Source: Paraspadella gotoi
Lineage: Eukaryota; Animalia; Chaetognatha
DNA length: 64,000 nucleotides
Assembly (NCBI GenBank): GCA_051294375.1
Contig: CM119266.1
Span: 17,292,087 to 17,356,086 of the forward strand
Reading direction: 5' to 3'
Position 1 is the stretch's first letter, and each line of letters starts with the position of its first letter. Positions 1-18,629 of the stretch are shown one piece after another. Both the position numbers and the translations under genes were made by a program. A model generated the notes under the pieces. The model was not told where the DNA came from. It made no database searches and worked only from the letters and a program-made list of their open reading frames with translations.

Positions 1-150
1 GGTTTTGCCGTATTGGGTAAAGCCATCAGATATCGGGTTCAATCCCGAACGGCCGTAAACCGCCTTAAGCCGTAAGCCTGGTTCCAAGCCCATGACCCTT
101 TCCATGGCTGCTAGAGGTGTTATCTAGTTATCTTCAGAGTCCTATCTACA
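1..150 (+). mobile_element. tRNA-derived SINE family A, partial copy
   Basis: B-box-like GGTTCAATCC near 36-45, then TAAGCC..CCTGGTTCCAAGCCC..GGCTGCTAGAGG; aligns by eye with copies at 22128-22360, 24255-24490 (-) and 4319-4430. Confidence 0.65.
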
Positions 151-224
151 TAATCAGTGTCACAACAAGATCATCATCAACACTACCACAATTATCATCG
201 CTATCACCATCACTTCTCACTCAC

Positions 225-522
225 ATCCGTGACAAGAGGCGCAGAGACACTTCATTTCTCCTCCGGTCGTCATCTCCGTCGGTCCAAACGAAAACGCGGC
301 GTCGAACGACGCCGCAACGAAACCGGCGTCGTGGAGGGGGACGCCGCGAGCTCGCGTCCTCCCGCGACCGGAAATTGGAGGTGGCATTGCGGGAGGCGCG
401 AGGGAGTGAGGAGCGAGCGGGTGCGGTGCCAGGGAATGAGGGGCCAGAGAAGGAGGGGCCAGGGAATTAGGGGCCATCTCTTCCAGGCCGACGATAGACG
501 TAGGAGCCAAAGACGAATTCAT
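225..522 (-). CDS. Probable first coding exon of a gene continuing off the left edge; LAPxS pentapeptide repeats ending in a CxxC motif (possible LIM/zinc-finger start)
   Basis: GC-rich ORF from ATG 522: MNSSLAPTS..LAPPSLAPHSLAPHPLAPHSLAPP..KCLCASCHG, ending at a GTGAGT donor at 224. Product identity is inference only. Confidence 0.5.
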
Positions 523-1120
523 TTAGGGAATTTTTTTTTAAATTTTCTTTATTTTGGTTCCATTTAGTTTATTTGGTTCTGTTTTGTTTGGTTCTGCTTT
601 GATTTATTTCTATTTTTTTTTCTGTTTTCGTTTATTTTATTTCGTTTTTTTTCTTTTTAGCTTATTTTGTTTTGCTTTATTATTTGTTTCATATTCTTTT
701 TTATCTCATCGGTATTTTTTTAACGTTTCGGTTTTTTAATTTAATTTTTTGGGTTTTTTTTCTATTTTCTTTGTTGTCTTCTTTTTTTAATTATACTTTT
801 TTACTTTCGTTTATTTATCGCTTATTTATCTTTTATCTTTGTTTTTTTTTTATTCTGTCTGTGTCGTCATCACATATCAATACTTCTTAAACTATATACC
901 TACGTATATACAATAGGTTTTCTTTTTTTATGATTTCGTTTTTACTTTTTTAATTTTTTTATTCCAGAACTAAAAAGTGAAAAATCTAAAGAAAACGGAA
1001 AATCTTTTTTTTTAAATTTATTAAGTTGATTTTTTATTTTAGATTCAGATGTTTTTATGGAAAGAGAAGAGAAAAAATTGATTGTGACTGATGAAGATTT
1101 ATACAAACGCCTCTCTCTCA

Positions 1121-1208
<88 letters not shown>

Positions 1209-2991
1209 CGCGCACAATGAATCAATGTTTCCCAAAAGAGAGGTTCTAATTTCGTAAAAATCAGAAAATTGTTGCAGTGTTATTTTACTTTTTTCACGTC
1301 ATCAAAGAACTAATTTGTAAAAATATTGTCATTTTGAATTTTTACTTGATTATTACTATCACTATTCTTGACTTAACTGCATTGTATTGCGAATATTCCG
1401 ATTTGTTGTTGTAGTTCGGTTGTTGTTATTATATTTCGTGTTTGTTTTTATTTCAATTTTTTGGCAAAGATTTTTGTCGCTTAAAAAAAATCTAATTTAT
1501 GAAAAAACATCAATTTTGTTTCTTCATCGACGGAAATCTTGGGTTTTACTGTAGACAAATCAGTTTGCATTGTTTTGAAGTTGATTCAATTATAGTTCTC
1601 TGTAATTAAATTGTTTTCTATAAATTTGCTTTCTCCCACATAGCTATTTTCTATCTATCTTTATTTCTTTTTCATGTCTTTCTTTCTTTCTCTATTTTTC
1701 TTGTCTTTTTTCCTTTTTTTCTTTCTTTTCTATGTTTCTTTCTTTATTTTTTATCTTTCTTTCATTTCTTTTTCTGTTTTGAAGCGTAAAAAGATTGACA
1801 TTCAGTGTCAAGAAGTAAACACATAATAAAATATAAAACTAAAAGAAAACACAAAAAGACATATACATATATTTTTTTTCTTGAATCCATTCCAACGATA
1901 TTTTATGTTAAGGAGTGTTTAAAGCAAAACATTTCTTATTTGATAAAAGTTTATTTTAATTTTGGAGCGAGTCTTTGTACGTACAGTCGCTCGAGATGCA
2001 ACGTTAAAAAAAAAAAAATTGAGAATTTGATAAGTTATTCATTTGCATAAAGAAGACACATTTATAATATGGGAATTGTTATTTGCATTGTTTTCGATAC
2101 ATATCGAACTACTACATACATCAGGTTTATTTCTCATACATTTAGCTGCATTGGAAGTCAATGCGAAACAGCAGTACAGTCAAAACATACCTTTTACCAA
2201 ACGAGCGGGCATAGAGTTACAGACTGACATACATACGTACAGACAGACAAGTCAAGCCATAAACAAGTGGTCGGAAAAACGACGAACGGACGCACATCTG
2301 AACTAATGGATTTACAGAAGTACTGACGAACGGACGGACGGACGAACGGACGAACATCCCAGAGATTCCTACCTCTTGCCAGAGAAATCTCTTTTCGCTC
2401 TTTCGTTCTTTCTCGTTCTTTATTAAATCTTTAATAAAACGGATGCCTAAAAATCATCGCTTAGGCTAGAAATGAAGTAGTAGTAGTAAAGACGAGAGTT
2501 TTTTTTTAAGACTCGGGGGTCAAAATGTTTCTTATTTTCGTATCAACTTGATTTTTATCAACTTTTTTTTTCAAGTGGAGAGGCCAGAACTTTTTTTAAA
2601 TATTTTCATCACTAAAACGGAACAAGAAATAATCAAGAAAAAAAACTAGAAAAAACAAGTTTAAAAAAGGAGTCGGTTGAACGGTAATGTAGTATATATT
2701 TAAATTTAAACATTATGCTTAAGATTAACAACAAAGAAATTAAAACTAACGAACGAACAAGTAAATTAAATTTCAACGTATTTTAAATTCTATTAAACAA
2801 TTTTAAAGTAAATCAAGTAATCTTTCGATTTTTTATAAGAAGATATCAATTGAACGAAAGAACGAACGAACGAACGAACGAACGAATGAACGAAGGAACG
2901 AACAAACAATAAACCAAATTTCAACCGACAAGGAGACGGGCGTCCGTACGTCCGTCCGTCCGTCCGGACAAACTCCCTTCCTTTTCTCGTG

Positions 2992-8103
<5,112 letters not shown>

Positions 8104-8185
8104 GTGAGTCTGTCGAGTTATGTCATGTCATGTCATGTCACGTATCTAGCGCTATTCTTATTTGTTACTTTCTTTTTTTGTTTAG

Positions 8186-11100
8186 CGTCGGGGACAGAAA
8201 AAATCGCCTTCGCCAAAGAGGTCAGTTTTTAATTTGGTCAGACATAGAATTCGATATGAATTCAAATTATTATTCTTCTCGATTCTCAAACATTTTCGAC
8301 TGATAACTTTCTTTAAAGACGCTAAACTGTTCGTTTCGTTCGAGGATGTAACTGTTTATCTTAATCGACTTAATGACCAAATGCGGACTAATTTGCGATA
8401 AGTCTTCCCATCCTTTTCGTCATTGTGTCACAAAAAGCATGGTATTTTGTCATAAGTCACGACATCTTTTTTGTCATTTTATCGCAGAACGCCACCCGAT
8501 CGAAACTCAAACTCGCTCTCAGGGAATACGCCCCCCAAAAGGCGCGTAAATAAAATATTGCATCTTATTTTGAATGTTAAATTAAATTAGAACCGGAAAA
8601 TTCAAAGTGTTGCGTTTTAGTAATTTCAAGATGATCACGGTATTTTTTAAGTATAAAACGTTAACACAAATCGCGTTTAATCATACCTCGTCTCCCTACA
8701 AAATATTTCCTATTCTGACTACGTATTATATGACTTACAATGCGTCGACTTTCTCTTCAATTATAAAACATATGCATTTAAAGCATCTCACAGTATACGA
8801 CCTTCTACCAAGTATTATCCAAAACGATTCGGATTTAGCTAAGTTATAAGTATTTGAATTCTAAATAAATTTTAACTATTTGAATGTGTAGATCTCCTCC
8901 GATCGAACGGTTTTCCAATTCACCACCAAAAGATTCGCCATTAAAAAGGTGATAATGCTGTAATGGGATGAAAAATGGAAAAATGATGCTGTAGTGAGAT
9001 GGGGAAAGAAAAAATTAGGAAAAATTTAAAATCATACTGTAAATTTTTTTATGCATTATTCTTAAATAGTAATAAAAAAATTTAAGTTCTCATTATAGAA
9101 TTTGTTGTCCTTTTTTTCTTTTTGTTTTTTAGATAAAAAAAAACAAATGATAATTATTAATTTCATCAATTAATAATTATCATTATTTAAATTTACCAAT
9201 GTACAGTTCACCGCCGGGTCAGGAAAGATATTCTAGTTCACCGGCAAAAGAATCACCAGTGAAGAGGTAAAACTGTTTTGAGGTTTAGTTATGATAAGTA
9301 GAAAGTGGATCAGGTTTAGGAATATTAAACATGAAAAATTGAGGTTTTTCTGTCTGTCTGTCTCTTTGTTTCTAAAAATCATATAAAAAAAAGTTAAAAA
9401 AGTTAGCGGTAAAAAAGATTTAGAAAGAGTGCAAAGATTTAAATCTGAAATGGTTATAGCTTTTATTGGCCATATTGTTTTAAAAAAATATATTCTACTG
9501 CAAATTAAGATATTTTTTTTGCCAGTTTTTTTGTTTTTTGGAATATTAAAAATTCTCTTTAACCAAATCGGTATCAGCCTTTTTAACTTAAGTTCCACCG
9601 TATTCCCAGAACGCCTCCGAATGTCCCCGACTCCGAACGACATTCGGGTTCGATCGGAAACAGCAACGCGTCCAACTACAACGAATTTGAGGAAGAAGAG
9701 GGAGAGAAAGGATTAAGAGGAAGATGGGGAGGAGAGAGAGAAGGAGGAAGGGGAGAGAGGACGGAGAGAGGAAGATACGGGAGGGAAGCGGAGTGGGGAA
9801 AGGATGAGAGAGGAAGAAGGAGAGGATGGGAAGACGCGAGGGAGGAAGAGATGAGGACGGGGAGGAGGCCGAGGGAAGAGATGGAGGAAGCGATGAGGAA
9901 GAGAGGGAGGGAAGCGGCCATGATGGAAAGAAAGAGGAAAGAGGAATAAGGAGGATGAGGAATTGGACAAGTTTGACTTTTGGCACGCTTTGATAGAGCA
10001 GGAGAGTAGAGGGAGAAGGGGCGGGAGGATAGGGAGAAGGAGAGAGAGCGAGGAGGTGGGATGGGAGGGAGGGTGGAGGATATCATGGCGAAGAGAGGGG
10101 AGGATATAATGAGGGGAGGAGGAAGAGGAAGAAGGAGCTTCGTATTATAACGGAGAGAGGAGGAGGAAGAGGAGCTTCTTATTATGACGGAGGAGGGAGG
10201 AAGAGGAGCTTCTTATTATGACGGAGGAAGAGGAAGAGGAGGAGGTGGAGGAAGAGGAGGAGGAGGAGGAGGAAACCATTATTATGGGGAAGGAGGAGGA
10301 GGAAGAGGCGGATACGAAAGAGGAGGAGAGAGAGGAGGAGGATATCATCATGATTCCAAAGGTGGACATTTCCAATATCAGGAAGGATTAAGCCTGGGAG
10401 AAGTAAAGGAGGAAAGGAGAGAAGAAAGAGGAGGAAAAGAAGAGAGAATCGGAGGGAAAGAAGGAGGAAAAGAAGGAAGAATGAGAGGAGGCGATGGAGG
10501 AAGAGATGGTAGAAGAGAAGATATATCAAGAGGAAGGGAAGGAGGAAAAGAGGGAGGAAAAGGAGGAGGAAGAGGTAGAGAAAAAGAGGAAATATTAGGA
10601 GGAAAAGAAGGAGGAAGAGAGGAGAGAATCGGAGGAAGAAAAAGAGGAAGAGAGGAAATGACGAGAGGAAAAGAAGGAGAAAGAAGAGAGGAAAGAAATG
10701 CAGGAAGAGAACATGGCGGAGAAAGGGAGGAGAGGAGGAGAGAGGAAGGAGGAAGAGGGGGAGGACGAGGAGGAGGAAGAAGAGGAGAAGGGAGTCGGGA
10801 TATTATTCGTCAGAGGGAGGAAGACGACGGAGGGGGAGGAGGAGAGAGAAGAGGAGGTGGGGAAGGAAGGAGAGGATTAGAGGGAGGGAAGAGAGAGAGC
10901 GACGGAGAGAGGAGAGGAAGCGAGAGAGGGGACGAAGGGGAGAGAGGTCTCTCCCTTAATAAAGGGGAGAATGGAGTGAGGGATGGAGGAGGAGGCGGCG
11001 GCGGCGGCGGCGGAGGCGGCGCCAGAGCCGGCAGCGGCGGAGGGTTTGATGAAAAATACAACATCGTTCGTCCGCAAAGATTCGTCGGCGAAGACATTAG

Positions 11101-13987
11101 CGTCGGCGGCGTAGGGAGAGATGGCATCGGTAGAGATGGCATCGGCAGAGATGGAATCGGTAGAGATGGAATCGGTAGAGATGGCATCGGCAGAGATGGC
11201 AGCGACGGCCAGCAGTGGAGAGAAGGTATATTTGTTTTAGATGCGCCATAATTATTCGTGGTTATCTTTTATAATTCCCTTTTTTTTACGTTAGTCTGTT
11301 TAGCGGTTTCATTATCATTGTTTCTTTGGTCGTGAACCAGTGGCTCATTGAGTAAAAGCATTGGCTCAAGACTGCTAAGTTTTAACAAATTTAGCACATT
11401 TCACGCTTTAATCGATTTGGCGCGACTTCTTCAAATGTGACCATTTTTCATAAATTTTGGTATTTACTAAAATGTATACGTAATGAGAAAGTATTTCAAT
11501 CAGGTCGTCCCAGTTACCCTGTCAATGAAAACCAACGCCGCGTCCCTATCGCCTCGAAAGGAGGCGGAGGCGGCGGCGGCGGCTGCGATCCATGCGAATG
11601 CCTTCCGATTCCCCGCGGCGCCGCCTCTCCTGGGCTGCGCGATCCAGCGCTCTCCTTCGATCCTCGCGGCGCTAACGTCTCTTCCACTCGCGCCGCGGAC
11701 TTTTATTACTCCGGCGCCGCCAGATCCGCTTCCATCGACGCCGTCAGACGAACGGGAGTAGTCCGTGACGCCGCCACCGGGACCCGCGCGGAATTAGCGC
11801 CTCCTACGTTGCCGACCCCGTCGACGCAGCACGCCACGCGCTTCGGCGGCTCTGACGCTGCTGTTGGGCTGCTGCGTGATCCTGCGCTACCCCCGCAGCC
11901 GACGGCGTCCTCTGCGCGCCGGAACCCCGGAGCGGAAACGACGATGACGGAGACTCCGTTGACCCCAGGATGGCCGAGAGTGACGGCGCCGCGACGAGGA
12001 TTGGGCGCCAACGACGACGACGGTATTTACGACGAACGAATCTTGGGAGATTTTTATCCGGATTTGGAAAGTCTTGCCGAGTCTCGTTACGGACGGACGT
12101 ACGGACGGAGCTACGGACCTTCTTCTCATGGATCCTCGGCGTACGGACACCGAGTGGGCTCGTCCGGGTTGGGAGGAGGAGGAGTAGGAGGAGGAAGAGG
12201 AGTGGCCTCGTCGACGTACGGTCCCTCGGTGGAGGAAGTGGAGGAGGAAGAGCAAGAGATCGAGGAGAATCGATCGATCAGCGCGTCGAACAAGAACGCT
12301 GCTAAAGGAAGAGGAGGAGGAGGAAAGGGTGTAGTAGTAAAGGGAGGAGGAGGAAAAGGAGGAGGAGGAAAAGTAGGAGGAGGAAAGGGAGGAGGAAAAG
12401 TGGGAGGAGGAAAGGGAGGAAAGGGTAAGGGAGGAGTAAAGTCCGGAAATCGAAACACGACGACCATGACGGAATCCGGCGCGACGTTGAAGACGATTGC
12501 GTCGGCGGCGTCGGCGGCAGAGTCGGCAGAGTCGGCAGAGTCGATGGAGTTGGTGGAGGCTGCGCCGGAAATCGTTGTGGATGAAGAATCGACGGCGGAG
12601 GAAGGGAGAAATAGATCGGCGAGCGTCCCACAAAAGGTGGGAAGTGGAGGATGTAGAAAGAAACACCACAAGCGACGCTACACAACGCCCAACAACCAAT
12701 CTAACCAAAAACCCTCATCACAAATGTACTTTTCCCAAACATCCATCGACAAGTTACTCACCCGCTTAAAGTCCATCCAGATTCACCACAATTTTACCAA
12801 AAACTACACCAAACCTCAGCAAAACGCCACCACCAACCTCTGCACAAATACCACAACTCAAACAACTCGATCCAATCTGACCACAACCCCTTAATTTTCC
12901 AGCCGGGCGTCCCCAAGGTCCCAGGATGGCGAGACGACGAACTCTGTATCATCTCCGGTGGAGTTTATTGCGAAGACCGAAGCAGACGGTCGCCAGCCTG
13001 CGACGAGAGATGCTTCAAGAGGGACGATGCAGAGAACGAGCCTTATAAAGTGAGAAAGCGTGCTGCGTGAAGAATGGCGGATGGAATGTTGCTAGTGTTG
13101 GAAGGAGTATAGGTAAAAGGGCCGCTCAGAATGCTGCAGTTTAGACTCCTTGAAATGCTACAGAATAGGCTGCTTATAATGTTGCAGATTGATCTTTTGA
13201 AAATACTGCACAATGATAATGGGATGCTTATTATGCTGCAAAATAGGCACCTTCTGATACGGCAAAGTGAAATCTTAAGAATGCTGTAATATAGGTGGCG
13301 TAAAATGCTGCACCTTGGGCACCTTTAAATTTTGCAATATTGTCTACACTCTACAGAGTGGGCATCCAATAATATGGTTTCTAATCCTTTGTTTCTTCTT
13401 TCAATCCATTTTGTTTCCTTAAGGACTTTGATATCATAATCGATGCTGAGCTGCCGGACAACGAAAAGTTCCTCATGAGCGCAAAGACTAATAAGCCTAT
13501 CCAGGCAAAAGTAAGTTTATGTTTAATTTGGGAATTTGCTCCTCAACGATTTACGTATTTATACAAACATAAAGGGGGGAAACAAACGAGGAAAGCCGGC
13601 CGGCCGCTCCCGCAACCAACGCTCCAGCGACAACAGCGACCGACAATACCAAGGTCCTGACGGCCTCGTCATTGTGGGTCACCGGTCCAGAGCCTACAAC
13701 CGTCGGGTGGAGCTCGAGTCGGTCTCGCCAACCCGACTCACTCTGGCCGACAACGTCAACGCCCACCATTTTCCGCCAGACCTCTTGGGCGACTGGCCGA
13801 CACCGGAGCGGGCCGATTGGCTGCCCTACACGGATCCGCGGTTGCCCGACGGAAGGAGGAACGTTGTCCGACGAATGGAACGGGCGGCGGTGGAAGGGAA
13901 GCGGTGGCAAACGGAGAGAGTGGAGGCGGCGTCAGTGGAGTGGGTGAGAGAGAGAAGAGAGAGAGAAGAGAGAAAGAAGAGAAAGAT

Positions 13988-14039
<52 letters not shown>

Positions 14040-14046
14040 GAGAGAA

Positions 14047-14121
<75 letters not shown>

Positions 14122-17061
14122 CACAAAAGTTTTCTTAATCGCGATATTTCAAAAGGCGGAGACACCGAAAGTGTCCGACGAAAGCAGCGGCCTTGGAAGT
14201 GGTCAGAGTAGCGGCCAAAGCCCTGGACACGGAAGAGGCCAAATTAGTGGCCAAGGAAGTGGCCAAAGCGAACCTAGAAGGAACCTAGAAAGCGGAAACA
14301 GCAGCGGTAACGGGAATGTCAATAGACACAGCAGCGTGAATAGAAGCAGTCTCGGAAGCGGCCTCATTAGCGGAGCTGTAAGTAGCTACGGTACTAGCAG
14401 CGGCCATAGAAGCGGACATAGAAGCGGCCAAAGGAGCGGCCACAGAAGCGGCCAAGAAAATGTAAGGCTCACTTCTGTCACCAACAATAACAACTCCCCG
14501 CAAGAGGGCGAAGTTGGAGACACAAATGTCGCAGTCTGGACCGGAGTTGAAAACGACGCCCCCGCAGTCCCGACCGGAGTTAAAAATGACCCCCCCGCAG
14601 TCTGGACCGGCGTGAAAAAAGACGCCGCGGAAGCGACTGTGACTTGGAACGATGCCGGCCTGGAGACGCCGGTTTTGAGCGTAGCCGAAAACGAAGCGGC
14701 GTCGACGGCCGACGCTAAAAAGAACGCGGGTCGATCGGTGGCGGACGTCGGACAAATGAAGCCGACAAAATTGACAAAATCGACGAAACCTCATCTCGAG
14801 ATCAAAGTTCGTCTTTGTCAAGAGGAAGACACGACGCCGACAACATCGACGACGACGACGATAGAGGAAGCGAAAGAGGAAGAGGAAGAAAACAGAGACG
14901 GGAGTGTGTCAGGTGACAGGGTCCTTATGTCATGTGATGCTTTGTTATGTCAAGTAATGTTATCTAAGGTCGTTTAATGTCATATGTCACACCAAGATTA
15001 CGAAATTCCGTGTTGTATTATTCAATGGCATGTAATGTCATCTGTGATACAGATGATCCATCATGTTTCCGTGTCCTGTCATGTCATATCATGGAACATC
15101 ATTTTAGGTCCTATCATTAATTTTAAACTCGTTTCATGTCATATCATTTAATGTCATATCATTTCATGTCATATCATTTCATGTCAGGACCGAGCGATCG
15201 AACTCGACTCGAGACAAAAGACTTTATCATCGATCTCAACGTCACGAAGGGAGACAGAGAGGGAGAGAGAGAGGAAGTGGGAGACGGAGAGGGAGCGGGA
15301 GAAGGAGAGGGCAAAAAGAAGGAGAAGAGAAAGAAGAGGAAAGAAGAAGAAATGAAGAAGAGGAAAAAGAAAGAAGAGAAGGAATTTAATTGGAGCGACG
15401 AATACGAGGAGGAAGAGGAAGAGGAAGATGATGAAGAGGATGAGGAGGAGGAAGACGAGGACGAGGACGATGAGGAAGACGAAGAGGAAGAAGAGTTGTT
15501 GATGTACAACACGGGAATCTTTAGTGGAAACTGGAGGCCAATGGAGGAGAGTGAGTAGAAAAGAAAAGAAAAGAAAAGAAAAGAAAAGAAAAGAAAAGAA
15601 AAGAAAAGAAAAGAAAAGAAAAGAAAAGAAAAGAAAAGAAAAGAAAAGAGAGAAAAAAAGGGGGAAATATAGAAAACTAAAGAGAAAAAATAAAACAAGA
15701 TTTCTATTTTTTTTTCCGCCGTCAGGTCGTGATATGTCGCAGTGTGGATTTTTGTCGCCCGACATGTGAGTGAAAAATCCAAAATGGCGTCATTTTTATT
15801 CCCTCATCTTTAATTTTCAACTCTTTTACTACCCGAGCGCATGACCTAATCCCCAACCGTAAGAGATATCCTTAAACCAAATCACTTCCCTTATCCCCTA
15901 ACACAAAGAGTTAATCCTTATTCCTCGCCCCTGAACTAATATGTCAACTTGAAAAAAAAAGACTTATCATTATCTTTACATTCCGTTGTCGTTGTTGTCG
16001 TCGTTGTTACTGTTGTTGCCTTTCAAGATGCCGAACTTTGCGAAATCCGCTCGGAGAAAGACTGGAGGCCATCGGTGGAATGCTAATGGCCAACGGAGGA
16101 ATACTTTGGCCTCAAGACTCGTGGCTCGAGCCCAATGACTCGAGGCTCGAGGCCAACGAGGCCCAATACTTGGCTCAAGACCCTTGGTTCGACGCGAGGA
16201 AAAGACAGAGAGAATTCGCGATGAGGAGAGAATCAAATTGTTTCTCGTCTGTAAGAATATAATTTTTGTTTGTTTTATAAATTTTTAATTAATGCTTATG
16301 TTTATTTTGTTCCTTTTGGCCCGTTTTGTTTGGTTTATGTTGTGGTTTTTCTGTTTTTTTGTTGTTTTTTTTGGGGGAATTTTCTAAAAATCCAAAGCTA
16401 CCAAATCTATAGGTTAACGTCTTTTGTTTTTGTTTCCCGGACTTAAGACCACGACGAGCCTGTGGATAATTTTATTACTATTAAACTATTCTTTTGTTTT
16501 AAAAAAGTTCAATCAAAATAAATCTTTAAAAAAAAAACAAACGGATAAATAAAAAAAAACAAAAAAAAACAAACAAAAACAAATAACTCCCCCTTATCCC
16601 TTTCTCCCTCCCTCCCCTTGAAAAGTCCTCCCGCCCTCCATCCCGCCGTCCCGCTGTCTCTGTCTCTCTCTCACCGGCGCCTTCGCGGTGCTGCCTCTCG
16701 ATTCCGCGCCGCCGATTCGCCTCCGAGCGGCGACGGGATGAGAGATCCCCGTCGCCGGAAATTCGTCGGCAACGACGCCGAGAAAGGAGGCCGCCAAGGT
16801 GAGCGTCAAAAGTCGCATCGACTTCAGAATAATTAATAATTAATAATTTAGAATTTTTAAAATACAATTCAATGAAATAAAACGAAATTTTAAAAATTTC
16901 AAAAGAAAGTATTAAAGTAATAAAAAATTAAATAAAATTAAATTGAAGTATTATAAAAAATATTGAATTAAATTAAAATTTTAAAATTGTTTAAATACAA
17001 TGAGATCAAATTAAATCAAATTATTTAAATTTTTTCACATAATATTTATTTTAAATCGCTC

Positions 17062-17101
<40 letters not shown>

Positions 17102-18629
17102 ATCTATATCCCTCTCTCTCTCTCACTCTCTCTCTCTCTCTCTCCCTCTCTCTCCCTCTCTCTCTCTTTCTCTCTTTTTCTCTCTCTTTCTCTTTCTTTT
17201 CAGTACCGCATACCGGCATCGAGCCTGCGCTCCGGAAATCGTTGAGAGACGACGCCGCAGAAGACAAAGGGCGCCGGAACGAGAGAGTCGGTTGACGCCG
17301 ATAGGAAGCAGTTGCCGAGAGATGGAGGAGGAAGAAGAGGAAGAGGAGGATGAAGAGGAAGAGAAGGAGGAATATCAGAAGGAAAGGGAGGAAAGGAGAA
17401 GAAAATGGTTGGAACAATACTACGAATTGTTGGGACAAAGAGAGAGGAAAGAGATGGAAGAAAGACGCGAAAGAGGGGTAAGAGTATTGAGAGAATTGAG
17501 AGAGGAAAGACAAGTCAGAGGGGATAGAGAGGTGAGGGAGGCGAGAGAAGTTAGAGAAGAAGGAGAGAAGGATAGGGAGCGATTAGAAAGCGCCGGTCTC
17601 GGAGAGGAGAGGACAGAGAGGTCAAGGGCCGACAGCGTCAGGCAAAGAGAAGTCGATACAAGAGAGGTCGGGACAAGAGAAGTAAGAAGCGGGGGACATG
17701 AACTGATGCTAAAAGAAGAAGAACAAAGACAAGAAAGACAAGGGGCGCAATCAGATAATAGACAAGGAGAAGAGAAGGAGTCGGTAGAAGCTCAAAGACG
17801 ACGCGACGCGAGCAGTCAGGACAGAGGACATAGACAAGGCGAAGAAAAAAGACAAGAAAATGAAGAAAGACATGGCGATCAGAAGGGACGAGATAATATA
17901 AAAAGGCATGGCGAAAAGATAGAACAAGAAAGGATACAAAGGCATGGCGAGCAGAAAGGACAAGAAAATATACAAAGGCATGGCGAACAGAAAAGACAAG
18001 AGAGAATACAAAGGCATGCCGAAAAGATAGGACACGAGAGAATACAAAGGCATGGTGAACAGAGAGAACAAGAGAGAACACAAAGGTTTGGCGAACATAT
18101 AGGACACGAGAGAATACAAAGGCATGGTGAACAGAAAGAACAAGAAAGAATGCAAAGGCAAGGCGAACAAATGAGACAAGAAAAAGGACAAAGTGGTGAC
18201 GAACATTTAAGAGTGAAATGTGAAAGGAGAGATTCTTTGAGCAGAGAAGCTCAAGTCGGATCGGGCACAGACAGACATCGATCATTAAAAATTTCAGACC
18301 GACTGGCCGAAGATAGAAGGACTCCGGTCTCGGATAGAAGGACTCCGATCACAGATAGAAAAAATCTGGTCAGTGATAGAAAAACTCCAGTTTTAGATAG
18401 AAAGACTCCGGGTACAGATGAAGCAAAAGCGGGCAGAGACGAACGACGATCGGTCAGCGAAGGAAGGAGATCAAAGAGCATAGACCGCGGCGCGTCGGGC
18501 CGAGAGGGCAGAATATCTGTCAAAGATGGTAAAGCGTCGGGAACGGATGGCGATTGGGGGGTTACAGATGGGAATGAAGCGGGAACAGAGGATGGCAAGG
18601 CTGAGAAAAGACGTGGCTGCATTGAGTAA
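8186..18629 (+). CDS. Low-complexity repeat-rich coding exon chain, apparently a giant C-terminal extension of the beta-tubulin (alternatively partly a separate gene)
   Basis: Exons 8186-8220, 8488-8541, 8892-8948, 9207-9266, 9610-11225, 11504-12636, 12903-13049, 13424-13510, 13575-13943, 14156-14912, 15188-15550, 15726-15765, 16028-16250, 16626-16798, 17204-18629 join with matching phases; stop TAA 18627-18629, AATAAA 18855. The purine-rich exon 9610-11225 has an in-frame TAA at 9947 and several apparent 1-nt indels as assembled. Confidence 0.6.
11332..11380 (+). mobile_element. SINE family A 5' head fragment
   Basis: GTGAACCAGTGGCTCATTGAGTAAAAGCATTGGCTCAAGACTGCTAAG matches the A-box head of the 22128 copy. 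Confidence 0.45.

Noticed and set aside
942-1257. ERER/LSLS ORFs here and at many other (AG)n tracts
   Set aside because: Microsatellite translations, not genes.
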